This document shows positions 1 to 7,756 of a DNA stretch of 16,648 bases, piece by piece. The DNA is taken from NCBI GenBank assembly GCA_041489255.1, contig JBGPQV010000033.1:1-16648 (forward strand). Reading direction: 5' to 3'. A model generated the notes under the pieces. That model made no database searches. It was given only the letters and a program-made list of their open reading frames with translations, and was not told the origin of the DNA. The position numbers and the translations under genes were made by a program. Within the stretch, counting starts at the first letter, position 1. Every line of letters starts with the position of its first letter. The stretch comes from Thermoplasmata archaeon. Its GTDB lineage: Archaea; Thermoplasmatota; Thermoplasmata; RBG-16-68-12; JAFNFQ01.

Positions 1-397
1 ATACGCGGGGATCATCAAGTACACGGGGGAACGCGTGCCCGGGGACCTGAGCAGCCTGAAGCTGGAGCCCTTCCTTACCGCCATACGCCAGGTCGCAGCT
101 GAATCGTACAGGGTCTTGAAGCCGGGGAAGCACTGCGCGATACTCATCGGAGACACGAGGAAGCACAAGCATTACATCCCGATCTCGGTGAGGGTGCTGG
201 AGCAATTCCTGGACGTCGGCTTCATCCTGAGAGAGGACATCATCAAGATTCAGCACAAGATGAAGTCGACGCGAGAAAAGTGGCGGGGAACCAAGTACGA
301 CTTCTACCTTTTGGCGCATGAGCACCTGTACGTGTTCAGGAAGCCCGCCACTGGAGAGAAGATGTCGGAGTTCAGGAACAGCGTGAAGTGGCGATAA
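1..397 (+). CDS. 3' part of a SAM-dependent amino-methyltransferase (N4/N6 DNA methylase / TRM11-like); runs off the left edge; repeat copy R1
   Basis: The frame is open from the window edge (YAGIIKYTGERVPGDLS...YRVLKPGKHCAILIGD...GFILREDIIK...HEHLYVFRKP) to TAA at 395-397. It is nearly identical to 3346-3861, which shows the DLVATHPPY motif IV. Whether the gene is intact upstream cannot be seen. Confidence 0.85.
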   Translation, partial: YAGIIKYTGERVPGDLSSLKLEPFLTAIRQVAAESYRVLKPGKHCAILIGDTRKHKHYIPISVRVLEQFLDVGFILREDIIKIQHKMKSTREKWRGTKYDFYLLAHEHLYVFRKPATGEKMSEFRNSVKWR

Positions 398-410
398 GTC
401 TGGACAGAGG

Positions 411-444
411 ATTTAAGTATCTGTCGTGCAATTATATCACGACA
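411..444 (+). promoter_or_regulatory. TATA box plus palindromic operator of cassette 1
   Basis: TTTAAG at 412-417, about 27 nt before ATG 444. Inverted repeat TGTCGTG-N9-CACGACA at 422-444. Confidence 0.6.
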
Positions 445-806
445 TGGCGACATTCGAGCGTCACATGGCCCAGTACAAGGCGTTGAAGGACATGGCGAAT
501 CTGCCTGCAGGGACGCCGCAGGGTCGTGTGGAATTGCTTTTCCTTGCCGCCTACCACCTAATCGATGCCTGCGCCGCGAAGAAGGGGCAGCACATCAACA
601 AGCATCAGAATGTTCGACGGGAACTTGAGGCCAAACCGATCATCCTTGGTGAACGGACTGAACGCGTCTGGCGGGCTTTCAATGACCTCCAAGGCGATTT
701 CCGCGCGAAGTTCGTCTACGGAGGCGATTGGAAAGAGAAGGAATTGGAGGAGGCTGTCCAGAGGTTCGAGACGGTCGAGAGACTGTGCCTGGAGGTGCTT
801 GGGTGA
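444..806 (+). CDS. HEPN-like (PaREP1/UPF0332-type helical) protein, putative toxin partner
   Basis: 120 aa from ATG 444. Contains LFLAAYHLIDACAA, HINKH and R-x4-Y (RAKFVYG). Paralogous to 3917-4279 and 10092-10454. Coupled to the downstream nucleotidyltransferase by a GTGA overlap. Confidence 0.7.
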   Translation: MATFERHMAQYKALKDMANLPAGTPQGRVELLFLAAYHLIDACAAKKGQHINKHQNVRRELEAKPIILGERTERVWRAFNDLQGDFRAKFVYGGDWKEKELEEAVQRFETVERLCLEVLG

Positions 807-1420
807 ACCCGCCGAGGATCGACAGGGCAGTTGCGGCCTTGAAGGAAATCCTGCACGGCAGACCAGAGGTGGAATCCGCAATCCTCTACGGTTCCTGCGC
901 CAAGGGCACGGCACGCGAAGACAGCGACATAGACGTGCTGGTGCTGGCCTCGGAGGGAAGTGCGGCCCGCCTCCGTGAGGAGATTCACGACATTGAAAGC
1001 GAGTTCGATGTGAATGTCTCGTCCATGGTTCTGCGTCCCCAAGAGATCGATCAGCTCGACCGCCAGTTTCTTGATTCCATTCTCAGGGAGGGGATCCCTC
1101 TGGCTGGACAGCTGCCAGAGGTCTCCATCCAAGACCTGCAGTTGCGCCCTCTGCGTCTGGTCAGTTTCGACCTGTCCCACCTGGCTCCTCCCCAGAAGAT
1201 GCGCCTCTACAGGCTCCTCGATGGCTATGTCACGGTGAAGCGCCGTGGTCGGAAGCGCTACGAGCACAGGGTGGACGGTTTCCTCAAGGAAGTGGGAGGC
1301 TGGCGGATTGGACGGGGGGCCATCGTGGTACCTGAGCCCGCCGCTCCCCGGCTCGAGGAGATACTCTCGAATGCCAACGCCAAGAGATGGACGATCGCAG
1401 CATGGGCCCAGCCATTCTGA
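803..1420 (+). CDS. Minimal nucleotidyltransferase (MNT) with an extra C-terminal domain
   Basis: YGSCAKGTAREDSDIDVLV is the pol-beta GS-x10-DxD motif. The GTG 803 start (NPP...) matches the paralog start MNPP at 10451 and overlaps the upstream TGA. Confidence 0.85.
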   Translation: MNPPRIDRAVAALKEILHGRPEVESAILYGSCAKGTAREDSDIDVLVLASEGSAARLREEIHDIESEFDVNVSSMVLRPQEIDQLDRQFLDSILREGIPLAGQLPEVSIQDLQLRPLRLVSFDLSHLAPPQKMRLYRLLDGYVTVKRRGRKRYEHRVDGFLKEVGGWRIGRGAIVVPEPAAPRLEEILSNANAKRWTIAAWAQPF

Positions 1421-1441
1421 ACGCCTCGCTCGTGCCTCACC

Positions 1442-1612
1442 CTCCGTGAGGACATCATCGAGATACAGCACAAGATGAAGAGCACGAGGGAGAAGTGGCG
1501 GGGGACAAAGTGCGACTTCTACCTCTTAGCTCACGAGCACCTGTGCTTGTTCAGGAAACCCGCCACTGGAGAGAAGCTTTCAGAGTTCAAGAACAGTGTG
1601 AAGTGGCGGTAG
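1442..1612 (+). repeat. R2: copy of the methyltransferase 3' end
   Basis: Reads LREDIIEIQHKMKSTREKWRGTKCDFYLLAHEHLCLFRKPATGEKLSEFKNSVKWR-TAG. Core 1466-1612. Confidence 0.95.
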
Positions 1613-1718
1613 AAAATGCGTCCGCTCTCTGCCTTAAGTAGGCCAAAGCGCATTGCTTAAATGTAAAGCGGTGAGTTGTGGAGAACTGCCGCGTTTCGAG
1701 AAGAGATGGCGAGCGACG

Positions 1719-2669
1719 ATGATTCCTTCAAGATTCTCCGAAGATGAGGCGGTTGACCTCGCGCTCTTTGCCCTTGCGCAGGCGCTTCGGGAGCGCAGAG
1801 GCGTGTCGCCGACCGTGGACCGCACCCATCTCGTCAAGGCCGTATTCAGGCTCGCGGAAGACATCGACCTGCCAATCACCAGATGCTGGTTCAAGTTCGG
1901 TCAGTTCGTCCTCAGTGAATCGGCGACACCCGAGCGCTTCGCCCAAGTGCGGGATGCTGGCATCGGCTCTCTGTCCACCAGGGTGAGCGCGAACCTCATG
2001 GGGCTGTTGCAGACCTCCGCAGGCGGTCTGGTCCCATTCTTCTCGCAACCGCTCGACCAATATCTGCCCGACAACTATCAAACCCAAGCTCCGGAGAGAT
2101 ACCGGGAGATCTACACCGCCAATTTCGAATGTTTGTCCTTCTGCAGGCGCCTGGTCCAAGGCCCTGATCTCCGTGGAAGACGCACGCGCTACGCCGACAA
2201 TGCACGACCGTACGTCACAAAGTTGCATCGGGCCGTTGCTCCCTTCATCGCCGATTCAGAGGCGCGCTCGATCGTCATGGACTACACGACTTTGCTCGAG
2301 GAACTCGTCATCCGCTATGACACGCTCATGGCCGCACAAGACTTCGATCTGCGCGCCTGGAACGACTTCTTCTCGCACGCGACACAAGCGTATCTGGAGA
2401 AGGTATGGACGCTGCCCGCCGCCCAGATCGGAGCGGAGACGATGGTCGGTCCCCGCGCGGAGGAAGAACGGGAGAAGATGCTGCACACGGCATCGCTGGG
2501 AGACCGATACAGGCGGGAGTTCTTCGAGCCCCTTAGAGACGAAGCCGAGGAGAAGGGCTATCTCCCCACGGAGGCGGACATCGAGGGTGTGGTGTCAGGC
2601 GCACGACAGAGAACCTCCAGGACGGATGCGATTGAGGAGCTGTCATACTTGGCCAGGAAGGGAGACTGA
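1719..2669 (+). CDS. Hypothetical protein, N-terminus resembling Panacea/SocA (DUF4065)-like antitoxins
   Basis: Long ORF with likely ATG 1719. THLVKAVFRLAE...CWFKFGQ resembles the L-x-K-L-x-Y...W-x-y-G-P pattern. Lies directly upstream of a PIN gene. Confidence 0.5.
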   Translation: MIPSRFSEDEAVDLALFALAQALRERRGVSPTVDRTHLVKAVFRLAEDIDLPITRCWFKFGQFVLSESATPERFAQVRDAGIGSLSTRVSANLMGLLQTSAGGLVPFFSQPLDQYLPDNYQTQAPERYREIYTANFECLSFCRRLVQGPDLRGRRTRYADNARPYVTKLHRAVAPFIADSEARSIVMDYTTLLEELVIRYDTLMAAQDFDLRAWNDFFSHATQAYLEKVWTLPAAQIGAETMVGPRAEEEREKMLHTASLGDRYRREFFEPLRDEAEEKGYLPTEADIEGVVSGARQRTSRTDAIEELSYLARKGD

Positions 2670-2679
2670 GGGATGCTGA

Positions 2680-3327
2680 TTGCACGAGGTATTTCTGGAT
2701 AGCTCGATACTTTGGGCTTTCGTCGGACCGCCGCGACTCGAACCGGACTACTCCGCCTGCAACACAATCTTCGCGCGCGACGACATCAAGAGGTACGCGA
2801 GCGAGACGGTTTCCAACGAAATCAAACAGAGCGAGAGCCGACGAGCCAGGCTGTACTCCGATTTGGTCGCCCACCTCAAGCTGAAGAAGAAGCCCGAAGA
2901 GTTCGACGCATCCCACTTAAGCCGCCATGTGGCTGACAGGGCCCGCCAGCTTCTCCGCGAGATAAGAGGAAGCGAGGCAGACATCGATTTGCTCAGGCGA
3001 CTCGGCGAGATGGAGAGCGCCAGAATCAGGACGGCGCGGTCTCGAATCGAGAAACCTCTCGTACCAGCACGGAAGGACGCCTATTTCGAGGACACGCTGA
3101 GAGGAGCTCTGGACATCGAACTGGGAGACGCCAAGGTCGTCACCGACTATCTCTTTTGGGCTCCGACACATGCAGATGCGAAGTTCCTGACTGCGGACGG
3201 AAGATTGCTGGTCAAGTTGCGAGCGCGGCTCGTTCAGTTGCTGGCCGCCAAGTACATGACGGTGCCGACCGTTGACGATTTCCTTGAGCCGGGCAAGTAT
3301 TTGGCGGGACTCCCACCCTCGGGTTAG
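2680..3327 (+). CDS. PIN-domain-like protein (putative ribonuclease toxin)
   Basis: N-terminal VFLDSSIL, then SETVSNEI, GDAKVV and C-terminal FLTAD match the acidic PIN pattern. TTG start 10 nt after the upstream stop. Confidence 0.65.
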   Translation: MHEVFLDSSILWAFVGPPRLEPDYSACNTIFARDDIKRYASETVSNEIKQSESRRARLYSDLVAHLKLKKKPEEFDASHLSRHVADRARQLLREIRGSEADIDLLRRLGEMESARIRTARSRIEKPLVPARKDAYFEDTLRGALDIELGDAKVVTDYLFWAPTHADAKFLTADGRLLVKLRARLVQLLAAKYMTVPTVDDFLEPGKYLAGLPPSG

Positions 3328-3345
3328 ACATCATCGCGGAATAAC

Positions 3346-3861
3346 GTGCTCCGAATCATAAGCGACTACCGCGCAGAGCCGAGCATAGACCTGTTCCAGG
3401 GGGACGCGAGGAACCTGGACCTGATCAAGGACGACTCAATCGACCTGGTCGCTACTCACCCGCCATACGCGGGGATCATCAAGTACACGGGGGAGAGAGT
3501 GCCCGGGGACCTGAGCAGCCTGAAGCTGGAGCCCTTCCTTGCCGCCATGCGCCAAGTCGCAGATGAGTCGTACAGGGTCCTGAAGCCGGGGAAGCACTGC
3601 GCGATACTGATAGGGGACACGAGGAAGCACAAGCACTACGTGCCGATCTCGGCGAGGGTGCTGGAGCAGTTCCTGGATGTCGGATTCATCCTGAGAGAGG
3701 ACATCATCAAGATCCAGCACAAGATGAAGTCCACACGGGAGAAGTGGCGGGGAACCAAATACGACTTCTACCTGCTGGCGCACGAACACCTGTACGTGTT
3801 CAGGAAGCCCGCCACTGGAGAGAAGATGTCGGAGTTCAAGAACAGCGTGAAGTGGCGGTGA
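3346..3861 (+). pseudogene. R3: long 5'-truncated copy of the methyltransferase gene
   Basis: GDARNLDLIKDDSIDLVATHPPY...NSVKWR-TGA. It has no SAM-binding motif I (D-x-x-x-G-x-G-T), and the PIN gene stop lies only 18 nt upstream. Core 3715-3861. Confidence 0.8.
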
Positions 3862-3916
3862 CCTGCCCCTCCAGATGAAAAGCTTCATTACCTTCTTCGT
3901 GATATAGTAATACGAA

Positions 3917-4279
3917 ATGTCCCAAATGCGTGAACACCTCGACCATTACGAGAGATTCCGTGCCGATGCGTACCGTGAGGAGAACAGTCAGGAGATCCGG
4001 GTCGAGGCCCTATTCCTTGCATCGTACCACCTCATCGAGGCATGTGCCGCGAAGTTCGGCATCCACATCACAAAACATCAAAAGGTGCGCGAGGAACTCG
4101 AGGTAAACGAAGGCATATTCGGTTCCAGGACGGAGGAAGTCTGGTCGGCGTTCCAAGAGCTGGAGAACCGCGTCAGGCCCAGATTCGTCTATGGCACCAA
4201 GCGGACGCAGGCTGACTTCCAGAAGGCGGTGCGTCTCTTCGAGGCGATGGAGAAGTTGTCCAAGGAGGTGCTGCAATGA
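3917..4279 (+). CDS. HEPN-like protein (paralog 2)
   Basis: LFLASYHLIEACAA, HITKH, RPRFVYG. ATGA overlap with the downstream MNT. Confidence 0.7.
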   Translation: MSQMREHLDHYERFRADAYREENSQEIRVEALFLASYHLIEACAAKFGIHITKHQKVREELEVNEGIFGSRTEEVWSAFQELENRVRPRFVYGTKRTQADFQKAVRLFEAMEKLSKEVLQ

Positions 4280-4890
4280 ACCTCCCGCAATTCGATCAGG
4301 CCTTGAACGACCTCCGGCGGCTATTGCCCGTGAAGGCGACGAGGTTCGCGATACTCTTCGGCTCGGTCGCGCGAGGAGAGGCCACGGAGGACAGCGACAT
4401 AGACCTCCTCGTCTCGCCGCGCGCGCAGAGTGATGAGGAGACGATACTGGAAGTGGTCCGTCGCGTCGAGCGTGATTGCCACGTCCGCATCGCGTGCGTC
4501 ATAGTGGATCCGGATCTGAACGACATAGACCGCCAGCTGCTTGACACGGTTCTCAGAGAGGGTCATGTCCTCATCGGGGAGATGCCCCGCGTTGGTGTGC
4601 AGGATTTGGACCTCGAATCCGTTCGCCTTGTGACTTTCGATCTCAGGGCGCTACCAAATGCCAAGAAGGCCCGCCTTTCTCGAGAACTGTACGGATTCGA
4701 GACGCGCAAGCGCTACAAGGGGAAGACGTACGTGCGTCGCGTGCGCGGAAGGCTCGAGGAATGGGGCGGAAGGAAGATAGGTCGTGGCACGGTCCTCGTC
4801 CCGGAGAAGGTGGTACGAGAGATCGACAGGCTTCTTCGGTCTTATGGAGCGAAACGCATGCTTATTCCGTTGTGGATCCAGCGGGCCTAG
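4276..4890 (+). CDS. MNT with an extra C-terminal domain (paralog 2)
   Basis: LFGSVARGEATEDSDIDLLV. C-terminal LVTFDL...LYG...GGRKIGRGTVLVP is shared with the paralogs. Confidence 0.85.
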   Translation: MNLPQFDQALNDLRRLLPVKATRFAILFGSVARGEATEDSDIDLLVSPRAQSDEETILEVVRRVERDCHVRIACVIVDPDLNDIDRQLLDTVLREGHVLIGEMPRVGVQDLDLESVRLVTFDLRALPNAKKARLSRELYGFETRKRYKGKTYVRRVRGRLEEWGGRKIGRGTVLVPEKVVREIDRLLRSYGAKRMLIPLWIQRA

Positions 4891-4912
4891 GCCTCTGACT
4901 CGTTCATCAGCT

Positions 4913-4975
4913 GAGGGGAACATCGGACTTCAGCACAAGATGAAGAGCACGAGGGAGAAGTGGCGGGGAAGCAAG
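4913..4975 (+). repeat. R4: 3'-truncated copy of the methyltransferase 3' end
   Basis: CAGCACAAGATGAAGAGCACGAGGGAGAAGTGGCGGGGAAGCAAG from 4931; similarity is lost after about 4975. Confidence 0.9.
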
Positions 4976-5044
4976 AAGCGGGAATGTTGGGCTCAAGCGA
5001 CCATATTCCCTTCAAGCGAGATGTCCTGCCATTTAGTCAGAGAC

Positions 5045-6483
5045 GGCGTTGTCAAATCTTTAGGGATTTCTGACTCTTGAGGGCTGGTAACAGACTCGGT
5101 TCAAGAATTATTATACCCTTAGGATATATCTCTGGATGGTGTTCGAGAAGACCCTGAAAGCGATCAAGGCGGCGCAGTTCAACCTGGACGATTTCTCCAA
5201 GGACAGGAAGCCCACCCTGGACGAGAAGGTGAGGAAGGTGTTCGGCATGCAGCCTCACTCCCCACTGTCCTTGGAGGTGGACGATGAGGGCGTCGTTGGC
5301 CTGGGCGAGCTGAAGTGCGTCAAGTGCGGCTCGGAGGACGTGGTGGAGAACGGCACGAATCCCAGGACCGTGGACCTCCCTTACTCGGACTCCGAGACCG
5401 TGAGGCTTCGCAGGTACCTCTGCAACTCATGCGGCGAGGACTTCACCACTCCCCTCGATGGCATCCGGGAAAAAAACACCACCCGGACTGGCTAGGGGAG
5501 ATGGCTTCCCTCATCCGTTCCGCTTTCTCCATACCCTTGAGGGTCACCGCCAAGGTCCTCTACGTGGCCCACGGCATCCGCGTGAGCCACGAGTACGTGC
5601 GCGGGAAGGAGCTGGACGCTGGCTCCACGCCCGTGAAGGCCCCGCCAGGTGTGGGCTCCGGGGTGTACGCATGCGACGAGCAGCACCTGAAGGTCCTGGG
5701 GAAGCAGGCGTTCAGGCACGCGGTCGTCGACTCTGCTGGAGAGGTCATCGCGGAGGAGGTGCACGACGACAAGTCGGAGGACACGATCGCGGACTTCTGG
5801 AAGAGGTCGCTCGAAGGCCGTCCCCTCAAGGCGGTGGTCACCGACCTCGACAGGAAGTATCCTCCCGCCCTGGAAGAAGTGGTCCGCGAGAGGTTCCCCG
5901 TCATCCAGAAGGGCGCAAGGCCGGTCCTGCACCAGCTGTGCACCTTGCACGCGCAGAGGTGGTTCTCCAGAGAATGCCACGAGGCAGAGAAATCGGCGAG
6001 GAAGAGGGAGGGTGTCAAGAAGTCGTACGACACGGAGAGGCTCCTCCTGCGCCTCTGCTTCTGCCTTGACAGGCCCGAGCAGGTCAGGAAGGTTCTTGAG
6101 GAGCTGCCGGACAGCCACCGCCCCTGGGTGGAGAAGCTCATGGAGAGGATTGAGGCGGGAGAGGTCACCGCCCGCCATGCCTCCCGCCAGGTCTTCGACG
6201 TGATCTGGCGGTGGCGGTCTCCGTACGCCGCCAGGGTGGTCAACGTCCTCAAGTCACTGGGGGAGAAGTGGGATGACCTGACCCACTTCTACGACCATCC
6301 AGAGATACCGAGGACATCCAACGAGGCCGAGAGGCTCTTCTCCAGGACAAATCCCGAGAGGGTCAAGAGGCGCTTCAGGACCGAAGCGGGGATCATGAGC
6401 CACCTGAGCGCCAAGTACGCCGCCAGGAGCACGATTCAGATGCTCCTTGCAGTCTAAGAAATCCCTAAAGAATTGACAACCTC
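5045..6483 (+). mobile_element. Insertion sequence (~1.44 kb) with terminal inverted repeats and a 9-bp target duplication
   Basis: GTTGTCAAATCTTTAGGGATTTCT (5048-5071) matches the reverse complement of 6457-6480 at 23/24. Direct repeat GTCAGAGAC at 5036-5044 and 6484-6492. Confidence 0.92.
5136..6457 (+). CDS. DDE transposase in two frames (5136-5495 zinc-ribbon part; -1 frame catalytic part to 6457)
   Basis: CVKCGS..VVENG...YLCNSCG zinc ribbon, then YACDEQ, VVTDLD, HQLCTLH (CxxH) and TSNEAER. The frames join at A-AAA-AAC 5471-5477. IS family is not assigned with certainty. Confidence 0.85.
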
Positions 6484-6551
6484 GTCAGAGACGAAAGAGT
6501 CATCTACCCTCTCGGCGATTCCTGGATCGACACTGTCCAGGGGTGGTGAAA

Positions 6552-7484
6552 ATGACAGACCCATTGGAGGGCATAGTGGAAGAGGAGATCCGGAAGCAGC
6601 TTGCATTGATGAGACTGAATGCAGGCGCGGTGATAGAGAGCGAAAGATTGCGGCAGATTCTCAAAGGCTTCCGTAGTCAGAAGGGAATCTACAAACCCAG
6701 CGGTTCTCAACACGCTCTCTGGGTCAGGGAGACCCTGCATGGTCCTTATCCTGATCAGGAGCCCGAGGTATTCCCCGACGGGTCCTGGACTTACCGTTAC
6801 ACGCCAGAAGGACGGGGCGGTCACACTGACATGAACCTAGATACGAACAAGTCTCTTCTGAAATGTATTGAGGATCGCGTTCCCGTTGGTGTCTTGAGGC
6901 AGCGCGTCGTCGAGCACGGGGTGGCCTCTTACGAGGTCCTCGGCCTTGCGTATGTAAAGGACTTCGATGGGACTCATTTCATCCTCCAAGGCGAACCGAT
7001 AAAATGGGAGGACGTTCCGGTGGCGGGCAAACCGATACCGCCATTCAGGCCGTTCGACGAGAAACCTCTCCCCCGCCTCGAGATGACTAGACAGCAGCGG
7101 GACATGAGATTCGGCTTCATGGTGCGCCAGGCCTATCACGAGAAGTGCAGTCTTTGCGAGGTCGGCTACCGCATGCACGGTCGGCTTGTCGGCGTCGAGG
7201 CTGCGCACATAATACCCGTCGAGGACCGAGGAAACACGGGAGACGTGCGCAATGGAATGCTACTCTGCAGGAATCACCACACGCTCTTCGACGAGTACGC
7301 CTGGACCCCGGACGAGGACTTCCGCGTCATGGTTGCCGATGATGAGGAGTTCCGCAGGAGCGCGGCTGCGAACTGCGTGCTGGATTGGGAGGGGAAGAGG
7401 CTGCCCAATCTGCCCACAAAGGAGTACCTTCTTCCCGCCATGGAGGCATTGAGATATCGTCTGGGCAAGTTCGAGAGCACATAA
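6552..7484 (+). CDS. HNH endonuclease with N-terminal SRA/PUA-like domain; putative restriction nuclease
   Basis: C-terminal CSLC...EAAHIIP...NGMLLCRNHHTLFD is an HNH motif. The SRA-like call for GIYKP...GPYPD...YRY...N.SL is from recall only. GGTGGTGA precedes ATG 6552. Confidence 0.8.
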   Translation: MTDPLEGIVEEEIRKQLALMRLNAGAVIESERLRQILKGFRSQKGIYKPSGSQHALWVRETLHGPYPDQEPEVFPDGSWTYRYTPEGRGGHTDMNLDTNKSLLKCIEDRVPVGVLRQRVVEHGVASYEVLGLAYVKDFDGTHFILQGEPIKWEDVPVAGKPIPPFRPFDEKPLPRLEMTRQQRDMRFGFMVRQAYHEKCSLCEVGYRMHGRLVGVEAAHIIPVEDRGNTGDVRNGMLLCRNHHTLFDEYAWTPDEDFRVMVADDEEFRRSAAANCVLDWEGKRLPNLPTKEYLLPAMEALRYRLGKFEST

Positions 7485-7499
7485 CCACATCGCTGGCCT

Positions 7500-7661
7500 G
7501 ATCTTGCCAAGATACAGCACAAGATGAAGTCGACGAGGGAGAAATGGCGGGGGACGAAGTACGACTTTTATCTCTTGGCGCATGAGCACCTGTACGTCTT
7601 CAGGAAGCCCGCCAAGGAAGAGAAGATGTCGGAGTTCAAGAACAGCGTGAAGTGGCGGTAG
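7500..7661 (+). repeat. R5: copy of the methyltransferase 3' end
   Basis: KIQHKMKSTREKWRGTKYDFYLLAHEHLYVFRKPAKEEKMSEFKNSVKWR-TAG. Core 7515-7661. Confidence 0.95.
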
Positions 7662-7756
7662 AAGCTGCTTGGGCCGCTCTCTCGGCAGAAGACAATACAT
7701 TGGATTATCGAATTGGATAGGAAATTTTATCTATATGCATAAGATATCGTATCTTC

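Noticed and set aside
262-304. GAAGTCG/CGACTTC inverted pair in the repeat
   Set aside because: It is lost in copies using AGC or TCC for Ser, so it is not conserved.
5458-6252. Long overlapping ORFs inside the transposase, and similar antisense ORFs over the ATPase, FkbM and rpl15e
   Set aside because: These are shadow frames expected in GC-rich coding DNA and carry no recognisable motifs.
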